Shown piece by piece: positions 38,456 to 48,986 of a stretch of 64,000 nt of DNA (the stretch's first letter is position 1; the number at the start of each line of letters is the position of its first letter). Source of the DNA: Nitrospirota bacterium (GTDB taxonomy: Bacteria; Nitrospirota; Nitrospiria; Nitrospirales; Nitrospiraceae); contig CAVPGK010000010.1 of assembly GCA_963703955.1 (NCBI GenBank), forward strand, positions 237,969 through 301,968, written 5' to 3'. A model generated the notes under the pieces. That model did not search any database and was not told where the DNA came from. It worked only from the letters and a program-made list of their open reading frames with translations. Both the position numbers and the translations under genes were made by a program.

Positions 38456-39855
38456 TCAGACTGCATGCCAGCACGTCCCGTGCTCGCGTTGGGTGTCGGT
38501 CAGCGCGTCGGCTCGGTAGAATTTGTCATAGAACTCCATGTCCAGATGATGCGCTTGGTGAGCCAGGATTGTGCGGAACGGCCCGCTGTTGGCCGGGAAG
38601 CGGCCGTAGCGGTCGTACACATACTCGCAATAGGCGATGGTCGCGGCGATCGCCTTGTCGGAGTAATGCGGAATACCGGCCTGCACCCTTGCCCCATCCT
38701 TCCAGCCGGTGGCTGCTCCACCGTCCCGGAAGGTGCCAGTTCCTTCGGCGTACTTGGAACGCACAAACGCCAACACCGCCTCCTCCATATTGGCATAGTA
38801 GGGTGGGCAGTAAGGCCTGATGAGCACGTCCCCGCCACGCTCCAATCCCACCGCGGTCGGAACGGCCATGTCTCTACGAAGAAGGTTGAGCACCCTCTTT
38901 GTGATCGGGCCTGCCCCGATGGTGCGTGAAAACGGCACCGCCTCCATGCGAAACCCCAATGTCTCGAACCAACTGAAGGGATGGGCCGCGAAGTGAGGAA
39001 ATCCGCCCAGCCCCAAGGCCTGGGTCATCAGGGCCAGATTCTGGAGAATGCCGCCCTGTTCGATCGCGGCGAATTCGTACAGCCAGGTCTCGAAGAACCC
39101 CACCGTGGCGGTCAGCCCGCGCGACGGATCGTCCTCGAGATGACCACCGCGTGATCGGGCAAAGGCGCCGACCCCTGCCGGCCGAACCGATTGCGCTCGT
39201 CCACGACAAAGTAGCCGAACTCTTCCCCGAACGCAGACAGCAGCACGTTGATATAGTCGGCGGAAAACTCGTTGACGGGCAGGAAGTAGGTTGTACCGGG
39301 CAGGTTGGCGGACCATTGGTTGAACGGCGGCACGATCGGTTTTGGCCGCGGCACGTCTAATCGCCGGTCGGCAATCCGAATCCGGCTTTTCTCGTACAGC
39401 TCGACAAACCGATTGTCCTTGGCCGCGTCAATCAAGCCCGGGATCTCGGCTTGCGGAAAATCCTGCGGACGTTTCAGCATCCAGACTCCGTCATCGTTGA
39501 TGACAAACACAATGACGTAGTGCAATGCATGGCCGCTGGCAATGGTGCGGCCGATGAAGCGCACCATGATATTGCCGCCGCCAGCCCCGGGCGCGTCGCC
39601 GGACTGATAGGGCAGTTCAGCCAAGGCGTAGCCGGTGATGCCGCAGGCCGCAAAGGCGAGGGCCGCTTCTTCGTCAAGCGTCAAGGGCTGCGCGGGATGC
39701 GCGCTCCGATAGGCCAGCGGTCCGCCGTTCAAGACCATTCCTTTGCCGAAGCGGCGAGAACGGCGCTCCTTCAAGGCGGTCAACAGAGGGTAATCGGTGA
39801 GACGGTCCATCACATGGGATGTGGAAAGAGCATCATGGGATGGCATGTGGGCCAA
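38456..39855 (-). CDS. Nitroreductase-like protein, frameshifted near 39175
   Basis: ALKERRSRRF and EQGGILQNLALMTQALGLGG motifs; ORFs 39112..39855 and 38456..39316 join into one frame. Confidence 0.7.
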
Positions 39856-40050
39856 CCTCCATCGAAACTACCAGCGCCCGTTGTTATGGGCGATGCGATA
39901 GCCTAGGGACGAGCATCTAGACGATGGCAAAAAAATTGAGGGGCTCTCGCTGACGCTGTTGCGCCAAGGTGGCCTCCGCTCACTCTACGAACGAGCCTCG
40001 ATTTTGGTTTTCTTGTGAGCTGCAGGGCAGGGACGTACGCCAGTCGGCCG

Positions 40051-41526
40051 CTAAGACCACGCTTTGCGCCCGCGTTTCTCGAGTTTGCCCCACAAATCCT
40101 GGAGCCCTGCTCTGGCGGCGCGGCGGCGAGCCCGCTGGCGCTCCACGATCACGCCCGCCGCGAACACCGCTCGACTTCCGCGTGAGCGGGTGAGGAGCCT
40201 GCGGAGTCGATCCTCCGCCACGACGGCATCTTGATGGTCGCCGAGGAGTTGCTGGACGTCCTTCGCCCGTTGAATGAATCGAGAGGCGGCCTTGCCTACC
40301 ACAATCTCGGCCAGTTCGGCTGTGTACCGCGCTCGCTTCACCTTGATCCTCGCCGCGTGCAGCGCCGCATCGCTCGGTTCCGGTCCCAAGTCATGAATGG
40401 TCCGGCGGAGCTTCTTGAATTGGGCTGCCGCCAAGGCTCGGAGCGAGACCTCAGGCGACACCACCTGTGGGGCGTCGGCGTCCACTTCGAGCCGGTCTAC
40501 AAGTTTGAGATAACGATCGCTTCTGAGGGCTTCCATCATAGCGGCACGGGCCTCGGTACGCTCGGCCCCGAACGATGTCAAGACTCGTTCGAATGCGCGA
40601 TGCTCCCGGGGATCGAGTGCGGCGGCTTCGGTATGGAAATGCTCAAGCAGGACGTCCAGATCGCGCACGGTTCCCAGCACCTCGCCCAACCAGGCCAGTT
40701 CAGTGCGGAGCCCATCGACCCATTCGGGCGCCAGCATGGGCTTGGCGGCGCGCAGGATTGCGCGGAGGCGACGCGTTGAGACGCGCATCTGGTGAACGTC
40801 CTCGGAGTCGAGGCCGAGACGTGCGCCGGGATCGTGCGCTAGGATCGCCTCCACTTCTGCGCGGAAGTTGGCCTTGAGGTGATCGACACTGGGCGCCGTT
40901 GGGGAGACATGGGTCGGTTGAAGTGGAGATTGGAGCCCGATCGCTTGAAAAATGATGGGGCGTTCGTCGGCGGGTTCGGTGTCGGTCCCTCGGGAGCGAA
41001 GCGCGCTCTCAACCCGACTGAGTTCCGATTCATCGCCTTCAAGTGGCTCGATCGATAGCGCTGAGAAACGGCGGACGGATCGACGGGCCTCGAGCTGGGT
41101 GATCGAGTCGAACAGAACATTCGCGAGCGGCCGGGATTCGTCGAGGACACGCGATCCGCTCCGCCGCGTGCGCAGCTTGGCGATCGGGACCAATTCCTGC
41201 CCGCGCAGATGAGCGCGCAGGACATCGGAAATGGCGGGAGAGGGGAGTAGCGACCGATCAGGAAACTCAATCGTGAGACTCGCCGGCGATCGGGGTAGCG
41301 TGAGCTCCCAATGCGCTGTTCTGTCTTCGACCCGTCGCCGGAGCGTGATGCCACGGCGACCAAGCAGGTAGTCGGGGGCATCGTAATACGTACAGGTAAA
41401 GACCCGCAGCGGGAGCGGCTCGCCCGGAAGTTCCCCTGGATGGAATCCATGAGCGACGCTGAACGTGCGCGTCTGTTCGACGGTCTTTCGGACGACCTTG
41501 GTGTTCTGGTCCAAGCATTCCCTCAC
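40051..41526 (-). CDS. CYTH and CHAD domain protein
   Basis: YYDAPD...ITLRRR (CYTH); VHQMRVSTRRLRA, RDLDV, LHAARIKVKRARY and LGDHQD (CHAD). Confidence 0.9.
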   Translation of the reverse strand: MRECLDQNTKVVRKTVEQTRTFSVAHGFHPGELPGEPLPLRVFTCTYYDAPDYLLGRRGITLRRRVEDRTAHWELTLPRSPASLTIEFPDRSLLPSPAISDVLRAHLRGQELVPIAKLRTRRSGSRVLDESRPLANVLFDSITQLEARRSVRRFSALSIEPLEGDESELSRVESALRSRGTDTEPADERPIIFQAIGLQSPLQPTHVSPTAPSVDHLKANFRAEVEAILAHDPGARLGLDSEDVHQMRVSTRRLRAILRAAKPMLAPEWVDGLRTELAWLGEVLGTVRDLDVLLEHFHTEAAALDPREHRAFERVLTSFGAERTEARAAMMEALRSDRYLKLVDRLEVDADAPQVVSPEVSLRALAAAQFKKLRRTIHDLGPEPSDAALHAARIKVKRARYTAELAEIVVGKAASRFIQRAKDVQQLLGDHQDAVVAEDRLRRLLTRSRGSRAVFAAGVIVERQRARRRAARAGLQDLWGKLEKRGRKAWS

Positions 41527-41561
41527 TGAGGAAAGTGCTCACTCCGCTCCGGTCCTCACAG

Positions 41562-41999
41562 TCAGTCAACCACGACCACATCCAGGCCCGATTGCTTCGC
41601 TGCGCCTGCCTGTTTGCGGTCACCCGTAACAAAGTGGATATGGATGCCGGAGCTGGCTTGGAAGGCCAGAGCGGATGCGACGTGAATCGCATCAAGAGTT
41701 CGCAAGGTTGTTCTCCTGATTAGCTCCTCCGCTTGATCCAGGACCAGAGGGCTCACTTCGACCAATTCCCAGAACGCGCGATCGTGACCCATTCTTGATA
41801 GGATCGCGATGAAGTCTCGATCAGCTAGTTCGCCGGAAGCGCGACGGCGACAGAACGCTGACTTGGCCTCGACCGGACTGACGGCCGAGGACAGAAGTCG
41901 ATGGTGGCGGAGCAGGTTTCTTGCACGGATCGAACCGTGCTCACGGACGTATCGTTTGACGATAATACTGGTATCGAAATATGCCCATGGAGCGGGCAT
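41562..41999 (-). CDS. vapC: VapC family PIN-domain toxin
   Basis: YFDTSIIVKRY, LRTLDAIHVASA and FVTGD motifs. Confidence 0.9.
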   Translation of the reverse strand: MPAPWAYFDTSIIVKRYVREHGSIRARNLLRHHRLLSSAVSPVEAKSAFCRRRASGELADRDFIAILSRMGHDRAFWELVEVSPLVLDQAEELIRRTTLRTLDAIHVASALAFQASSGIHIHFVTGDRKQAGAAKQSGLDVVVVD

Positions 42000-42277
42000 C
42001 AGGAATCGTCTCGCTCTTCACGGATCGTGACTGTCAGCGGTGGGCCTTTTAGGGGGCGTGGAGTCCATGAGGGTAAGGGACGGGGCTTCGCCGCCCGCCG
42101 CAAGAGACCTCCGGCTTCTAATTTTCGGATCGTGGCCTCACCCACCTCTGTTTTTCGCAGCGGCTTGATGACCGCAATGGGTTTTCCTCGTTCAGTCAAC
42201 ACGACTTCTTCGCCGGCTTTGACTGCTTTGACTGCCTTGGAGAAATGCTGGTTCGCTTCTCGTAGTCCGAGACGCAT
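41999..42277 (-). CDS. Phd/YefM family antitoxin
   Basis: LREANQHFS...GEEVVLTERGKPIAVI; overlaps the vapC start. Confidence 0.9.
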   Translation of the reverse strand: MRLGLREANQHFSKAVKAVKAGEEVVLTERGKPIAVIKPLRKTEVGEATIRKLEAGGLLRRAAKPRPLPSWTPRPLKGPPLTVTIREERDDS

Positions 42278-42292
42278 TCTTGATCGCTCCAG

Positions 42293-42337
42293 TGTAGTGA
42301 GGTTACTACAATAGACCATCTATCACCGTTGCGTCAA
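42293..42337 (-). promoter_or_regulatory. TA operon promoter with overlapping palindromic operator
   Basis: The minus strand has TTGACG-N18-TATTGT; palindrome TGTAGT-N6-ACTACA at 42293-42310. Confidence 0.6.
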
Positions 42338-42577
42338 GGCCGATTGTGGTCGAGTGCCCTGTGTGTATCCGGAGGAAGTGGAAGATCTTGTCGACAGTGA
42401 TTGGTCTTCTCGGGAGTTTGAAGAAAGGGTGACGATGCCGCCGACTTGTCACGCTGCAGAAAAGCCATTATCTTGGCTCTCCTATCAAGTCGAGATACGC
42501 CGAGGCCGGATCGCACAACCTGATCAACGGGCGGCACAAAGTATCGCCCGCCTGTGAAGGAAGCATGGGAGAAGAAC

Positions 42578-43588
42578 ATGAAAACCATCAGGATCAACAC
42601 AGCACTCGCGGGGGCGGCCGCATGCGTGCTCGTCGCGGCTCATGCCGTGGCCGACTCGGGCGACCATCGGTTTGCGAGTGGCGTTGAGAAGGCCAAACGC
42701 GCGACGGTCGGTATCCTGCAGGATTCTCAAAACGCACGCGCCCAACGGGGAAAGCCAAATTTTTCGCTCAAAGGGTCCGGCTTTCACGTCCGGGACGGGT
42801 ACATCGTGACTGCCCGGCATGCCGTGGAACGGGACGAAGCAGGACAGAAGGTGGTGCCCAAAGAGATCACGGTGCTGACGACGGACCTCGACGAATTGCC
42901 CGCCGAGCTGACGGGAATGAACGAGTTCCTCGACGTGGCGGTTTATCGGGTCGAAGAGTTGGTGCCGGCCTCATTGAAGACGATTGTCTTCGGAGGCAAG
43001 GAACCTGAGGCGGGCGACGAACTGTTCACCGTGGGGTATCCGCTGGGGTGGGGACCTGCCGTCGGGTTCGGACGCCTTGGAAACGCCAACGTGTTCTTAC
43101 CGACGGTGGATTCTCGGCTGTTTCAAATCGATCTGTCCGCCTGCAGCGGTAACTCGGGCGGAGGACTCTTCAATGCGGACGGCGAGGTCGTGGGCGTCGT
43201 CCACGCGATTATCCAGACGGAAACCCTCCAAGGGGAGGCGCGATGCAGCCGGTTCGCGTTTGCGGTGCCGGGTATGCTGGTTCAACGGATCGTGACCGCG
43301 CTCATTCAAGGCGAGCAGCCCACGTTCTCGAAGCTCGGTATTCAACTGACGGTGATGAAGGTAGGAACCCGGTGGCGGGTGGCCGTGTCTGAGGCCGCCG
43401 GACCGGCGTTCGAAGGCGGTATCCGCAAAGGCGATATCTTGCTGGCGATCGAGGATACGGCCATCACGGACGGCGTGCAGTTGAAAAACTATCTGATCGA
43501 GCGGACCGTTCCTGGCCAGAAGGTGGCCGTCCGGGTCCTTCGCGGCCAGACCGAGCACACTGTGTTCGTGACGCTGGGGAAGGCCTAG
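42578..43588 (+). CDS. Trypsin-like (HtrA/S1C) serine protease with PDZ domain
   Basis: VTARHAV, DVAV and GNSGGGL catalytic triad; C-terminal PDZ (GIRKGDILLAI). Confidence 0.9.
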   Translation: MKTIRINTALAGAAACVLVAAHAVADSGDHRFASGVEKAKRATVGILQDSQNARAQRGKPNFSLKGSGFHVRDGYIVTARHAVERDEAGQKVVPKEITVLTTDLDELPAELTGMNEFLDVAVYRVEELVPASLKTIVFGGKEPEAGDELFTVGYPLGWGPAVGFGRLGNANVFLPTVDSRLFQIDLSACSGNSGGGLFNADGEVVGVVHAIIQTETLQGEARCSRFAFAVPGMLVQRIVTALIQGEQPTFSKLGIQLTVMKVGTRWRVAVSEAAGPAFEGGIRKGDILLAIEDTAITDGVQLKNYLIERTVPGQKVAVRVLRGQTEHTVFVTLGKA

Positions 43589-43675
43589 ATCGGGGTCAGG
43601 GGTTGGTAACCAGGTCGTATGAGGTGTACAATTTGGCAAGGTCCGACTCATCGATTCCTACGTTCTATAGATGCT

Positions 43676-44389
43676 ATGGCTGTCTCGCGCCTTCGATCCA
43701 AAGCCGCCGACTTGCGACGCGTTCGGTGGATGTTTTTCGTCTGCCTGCTCGCGTTCGCCATCGGCGTGGCATGGGGCTGTTGGAATCCTGAAATCCGCAT
43801 CCAGCAATCGCCGGCGTCGCCTCTGCACGAGGCATCGCTGAATGCCTGGTTGGTGTGTTTGCAGGAAGCTGCCTACGTCAGTGGGGTTGATCCCGCCCTC
43901 TTTCATGCCATCGTGACCGTGGAATCAGGAGAGCACCCGTATACGTTCGGGTGGTTCGACAAGGCCGGAACGCGCAGAGTCTATAAGGCGCCCAGCTATC
44001 GCGAGGCCGTGGCGAAGTTTGACAAGCTGGCGCAGCAACAGATTCGCTTCGATGTGGGGCTGGCTCAAGTGAACAGTCGCAACCTCACTGTCCTGGAGCG
44101 CCGGATGGGAGTCTCCCCGATTCGGGCCTTGGACCCTTGCACCAATCTTCGACTGGCTGCGATCATCCTCCGAGAGCAGATCCAGATTCACGGGCCGACC
44201 TGGCGAGCGGTGGCCGGGTACAACGGTGCGTTGGCGTATGTCCCCAGAGTCCATCGTGTGTACTGCGCGCAGGTGCCTGATGCAGCCGGTTGCCACGCTG
44301 CTCTTCCCTTGTCGCATCTCCTCTGCGAGCCGCTTCCGTTCTCCGAGACCGAACGATACTACCGCGTCTTCTTCAGGACGCTGGCGTAG
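43676..44389 (+). CDS. Lytic transglycosylase (VirB1/SLT-like)
   Basis: AIVTVESG, DVGLAQVNS, DPCTNL and AVAGYNG motifs. Confidence 0.85.
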   Translation: MAVSRLRSKAADLRRVRWMFFVCLLAFAIGVAWGCWNPEIRIQQSPASPLHEASLNAWLVCLQEAAYVSGVDPALFHAIVTVESGEHPYTFGWFDKAGTRRVYKAPSYREAVAKFDKLAQQQIRFDVGLAQVNSRNLTVLERRMGVSPIRALDPCTNLRLAAIILREQIQIHGPTWRAVAGYNGALAYVPRVHRVYCAQVPDAAGCHAALPLSHLLCEPLPFSETERYYRVFFRTLA

Positions 44390-44559
44390 AACAGATAAAT
44401 TTGATGATCTGTTGATCTGTTGAATGAGATTCAACGCCGCAGCGGCGCGACTCACGAATTATCAGCTGTGTGTCAATGCGTTAGGAATAGCTCGGTGAGT
44501 GGGAGGGGATAGTGTAGAAACTATGTAGAAGAGAGGAAGGGCGCGCGGAGTCACCCCCG

Positions 44560-44729
44560 GTCCCGATGTCGGGATGTAATACCCCCGGTTGACCTTGAAG
44601 GCCCAAGGAAACTTCCCGCTTTCAATCCACCGGTGTGATCGTGTCCGGGCTCACGCGAAAGAGTTCAGTGAGGTCGCGGACGGTGTAGAGACGCGGGCCG
44701 AGGGCAGGGTCGCGGGGCGATCGTGGCAT
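44560..44729 (-). pseudogene. Excisionase-like (HTH_17/MerR) DNA-binding protein, frameshifted; 3' end approximate
   Basis: MPRSPRDPALGPRLYTVRDLTELFRVSPDTI, then in another frame RWIESGKFPWAFKVNRGYYIP. Confidence 0.55.
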
Positions 44730-44867
44730 CTCAGGGCAAATACGTGCGTCCGAGAGGGTGTTCGGTAGGGGACTTTGTCAGAGTTGAAGCGAAAGGGCAA
44801 GCCCCTAGCGGTCTTCGTCCCACACGTTCAGGATGCGTGCGTCCACGCAGCTGAAGTTTGGGTAGGA

Positions 44868-45101
44868 TCAATCATCCTGAGCTAACTGTTTGAGGTCCAT
44901 CCATTTTATCGCCATGGCCAATGCAGCATTATTCGCCTCTTCCTCGGAAGCAAAAGGCTTAATAGCGTCGCCATAAATCGGTGTTATGGTTTCTATGCCT
45001 TCAATGGATTCCCGAATCCGAGCCGCAGGAATCCAGCCAACTCGAAGGCTTTGATAAGAATCAAGGCGAAATTGACGATTGTTAATAGTGCGCCATTTAT
45101 G
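44868..45101 (-). CDS. Small hypothetical protein
   Basis: ORF with FASEEEANNAALAMAIKWMD; lies in tandem with neighbouring small ORFs. Confidence 0.55.
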   Translation of the reverse strand, partial: HKWRTINNRQFRLDSYQSLRVGWIPAARIRESIEGIETITPIYGDAIKPFASEEEANNAALAMAIKWMDLKQLAQDD

Positions 45102-45105
45102 CATT

Positions 45106-45297
45106 TTAAGAATCTCGACCATTGTGCTTCGTCTCCGTCAACTTCATGGTGGCCTTGGCAGCGGCGACGCGCCGATGCCAGTTATGCTCAGCACAAGTTT
45201 CGGGCATTGTTACGAACGGGCACATGGCCAAGAGCTCCGACAGCGCATCCCGTAGCCGCAGGACCTTCTCTCGTTCATCTAATTCGAATACACCCAT
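45106..45297 (-). CDS. Small phage-like hypothetical protein
   Basis: GGAGG RBS; 63 aa (LRDALSELLA...AAAKA). Confidence 0.5.
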   Translation of the reverse strand: MGVFELDEREKVLRLRDALSELLAMCPFVTMPETCAEHNWHRRVAAAKATMKLTETKHNGRDS

Positions 45298-45554
45298 TCA
45301 TCGACCTCCTCCGATTGCTTTATCTGATGCTAAGAATACCTTGTAGTTGTCTTTCTGTGAAGTGAGTTTCCCTGTTTTGGCAGCTAGTACGTTGGCCCCC
45401 AGGTTCGCTAAATAGTCGGTAGTTCTTTGCCAGCGTAAGTGGCCCCTATGCTCGCTATGACTGAAGGACAGTCATCAAGGGGTAAGATGATCTCCCGCCT
45501 CTGATGAACCTCAGAGCACTCGTTGCAGAAGAAGTGAACTGAATATAACGTCAT
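45298..45554 (-). pseudogene. Small CxxC protein, apparently frameshifted near 45410
   Basis: MTLYSVHFFCNECSEVH...; the coding-like frame resumes as ...KTGKLTSQKDNYKVFL. Confidence 0.4.
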
Positions 45555-45870
45555 GCGTATGTGCCCTTCCTGTGGGGTTACCACTTGTCTTCCATCACCT
45601 CGCCTCGCTGACACCCTGTCAAAACAGGAGGGCTCCGCTTGCGGCATAGAGGATCGCCGCGTAGGTGCGCCTAGAGAAGGCGCTCAGCGCACCATGATAA
45701 AGCGGTTAGAAATGCAACCTCTTGCTCGGCTGAAAAAGTTCTCTAAGCGTGGACATGAATTGATCTCATTGTTAGCAAAAGCGTAAAGTGAGGGCGGAGA
45801 CTACTTAGTGAGAGAGAAATCGCGGGTTTTCGGAACGTTTCTGCGCGCGCTATGCAGGTAGGTATGCTCA

Positions 45871-47260
45871 ATGGCTGGGACTCGTGGTCCGAATAACCCC
45901 GATCAGGATGCGGCACCGATCAGCACTCAGACTGAGCGCGTCCTTCGTGACTTCGTGCGCGATGCGGTATCGCGTCTCTCGGAGGCGCTGAAGGATTCAG
46001 GCACCAGAGTGGGAGGATGACACCCGATGGGAACGCGGGACCGATGGCCACTTCCGGGAGCGCAAGAAGCGTACACGGACGTTGTGGCCGATGCTGAGCG
46101 ATGAGTGGCTCCACTCGCTGCCCGATTATCAAACATGCGTCGAGCGCCTGAAATCCGATGTGGTCGTCGGACCACATCTCGATCGCTTAGTAGGGACCAG
46201 CAGCTCAGCCTCGCGCCTTGAGGCAAACAACATCCTGACAGTCGCTGATCTACGCGATGCTGGACGACGAAGGACGCCTTGCGTTCACGGACGAGCGATT
46301 CGACGGTAAATGGCGGGAATTGGTCAGCTTTTTTGGCGCGGAGCGGATTGCTTTCAAGACGGTTGCGCCGCTTCCACACCTGGTTGTCCAGCTTTCCCGC
46401 TTCGGCTGAGCAACGAGCTAGTCCTCGACCGCCTGACTGACGATGAGGTGACGCGCTGTTACCAGGTCGGTGTGCTTCGGCCTCAATCGCGGCGATTTCC
46501 GCTGATCACGGCGAGGTCGCCGTCGGAATTCGGAGGACGATGTTCTTGCCGAAACTGATCCGGAAGGTGAAGAACCGCATGAGCTGCCAGAGGCCGAGGA
46601 TGAGGGTAGCTTCGGCAATCGCCCTCTTTTTCGAGACGATCTCGTCAGTCGACGATGTTCTTTCGGCACTGCGACTCTTTAAGCACACCCAGATTCGCAC
46701 CGCCGGTCACGCGACTTGGACCGATTCCTATTGGTTGAAAGGCGGGACATCGTATCGAGTGCTCGGGCAGTGGCCGTACGGGGGGAAGTTCGAATTATCG
46801 GAAGGTGAAGTCCCGCAGTTTCTCGAACTGTGGCGCCTGCTAGAGGAAGGAGCTGCGCGCTTCGGCTTCAGTATCCACCGCTTCAATCTCGCCTTCGACC
46901 GCGGACTCCTCGCCGACCGGATCGTCGATTTGGTTATTGCGGCGGAGGCGCTATTCTTGGGCGATCTCGACGAACAGTATCGTGGAGAGCTGCGGTTCCG
47001 CTTTGCGCTACGGGCAGCGAAGTTCATCGAACACCCGAACTACGGTGAGCATGACATCTTTCGCGTAATGCGCCGAGCCTATGACGCCAGGAGTGCGATC
47101 GTGCACGGCGGTTCGCCGAAGGACACCAGCCTGCCCGACAATCAGTCCGCCAAGTTGCCGACCTTCATTGACGCCATCGAAGAGCTTGTGCGGCTCGGGC
47201 TGCGCAAGGCGCTTTCGATGAAGGAAGACGGAAAGAAGATGCGCCAAGCCGAGTTGAATG
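45871..47260 (+). pseudogene. ApeA-like HEPN-domain protein, multiply frameshifted, with the 3' end running into the direct repeat
   Basis: DLVIAAEALF, ELRFRFALRAA and YDARSAIVHGG (RxxxxH) in ORF 46540..47391; upstream fragments 45871, 46082 and 46310 are in other frames. Confidence 0.65.
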
Positions 47261-47272
47261 AGATTCAGCAAA

Positions 47273-48845
47273 TCAGCAGATCGCCAAATCAGGAAATTCA
47301 CTCAGGCCTTTCCCCCGCTTGGCGTAGAAAGCCCGCACGGTCTCGATGGTGTCGGCTTGTTCGGGCGTCTTGTCCGGGCGATACCGTTTGACTCGCGCGA
47401 ATCGCAGCGCGAGCCCTCCGGGGTAGTGCGGGCTTGCCTGGATGTCAGTTGAATGCGATCTCCACGACCAATTCGGGGCGAATGTGCACGGTGTAGGCGT
47501 CCCGCGCGATTTCGAGTTCCTTGAACTTGTGCGTCTGCCATTCCAGCATTGCGTCGGTCATGCCCTTGAACGTTTTCCCGAGCATGACAAACCCGCCGGT
47601 TGCGGCGTCTCGCGCGCCCAGATGTAGATTGCTCAGCCAACCCTGTCGGCGGCCGTTGCCCCACTCGGCGGCCAAGACCACCAAGTCCAGTGTATGGGCG
47701 CGCTTGATCTTGAGCCAGGCGCTCCCGCGCCGACCTGCTTGGTAGGGCGCATCCAGTGCCTTCGCCATGACGCCCTCATGCCCACGGCTCAGGGCCTCGC
47801 GCAGAAACGCGTCGGCCTCAGTCATGTCCATCGTGACCAACCGTGGAGTCACCGACGCGGCGGGCACGACCGTCTGCAGAGTCGTTACACGTTCCTGCGC
47901 GGTCCGATCGATAAGATCCTCACCCTCCAGATGAAGGCAGTCGAAGAAGAACGGCATGAGCGGCAGCGTCGCACGCATCTGCGCCACGTCGAGTTTGCGA
48001 CCAAATCGCCGCATGGTCACCTGAAAGGGATGGGGAATCCCATCAGGTCGGAACGCCAGAGCTTCGCCGTCCAGGACGAACGCGCGAGCGGGGAGCCGCT
48101 GCGCGGCTTCGACAATCTCAGGCACGGCGGCCGTCACGTCGTTGAGCATGCGGGTAAAGACCTTCACCTCGGCTCCCACCTTATGGACTTGCACCCTCGC
48201 GCCGTCCATCTTGTATTCAAACGCGGCTTCATTCAGTTGATTCAGGGCGTCGGCGATATCGTCTGCCGGTTGAGCCAGCATGGGCTGGATCGGTTGCAGA
48301 AGTTCCAGCGCGAAGCTTTTGAGACCTGCAAGACCTTCCGTCAAGGCGGCTTTGGCTACCGCAGCCAGATCGCCGGCGAGCATCAACGCTCGCCGCACGT
48401 CTGAAACCGGCACTTCCGCTGCCCGCGCGACGGCCTCAACCATGAGTCCTTCAAGCGCGCCTTGACGTAGGTCTCCCAGCGCGAGCCGGGCCAGGAAACG
48501 CTGTTCGTCCCGGGTTGCTTTTGACAGCAATGCTCCTAACAGGCGACGTCGTTCAGTCGTCGAGCGGGCCCCTGTCGTGCGGGCAATGTGGTCAAATGCC
48601 TCATCGACCTGAACGAGCGTGAGGGAGGCCTCCTGCGGCGCGCCAGCGGGAGAAACGGCGTCCAGCATGGCCGGCCCGATCCCCACGTTTCCCTGACGCA
48701 GCCGTCCTGCCAGGTAGTTCACGCCGATGACGATTTCGTTAGACGAGAGTCGGCGAAGACACGCGCTCAGATACCCGATCTTTTCAAGTCGGCCTTGGGT
48801 CTGGGCAATCCTTTGGGATGTACGGACAAGCTCGAAGAGGAGCAT
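47273..48845 (-). CDS. ATP-dependent DNA ligase (LigB-like), 1-nt insertion near 47447
   Basis: [19 protein letters not shown] and WLKIK motifs; the C-terminus [26 protein letters not shown] lies in the shifted frame. Confidence 0.92.
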
Positions 48846-48986
48846 GGTTCGCTCGGATGGCCCCAGTCGATCACATTCTCGCCTGTCTTGGCAAACATGG
48901 CCGGGTTACAGCCGAAGCCGGAGGTCTTTTTTGACATCCAGCACCGGCCTCTGGTGAACCCGCCACGCTATGGGTAGACTGCATGC

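Larger units (their letters stand above)
44419..47267. mobile_element. Putative integrated element or island remnant bounded by 15-bp direct repeats
   Basis: GTTGAATGAGATTCA occurs exactly at 44419-44433 and 47253-47267; cargo is phage- or defence-like. Confidence 0.6.
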
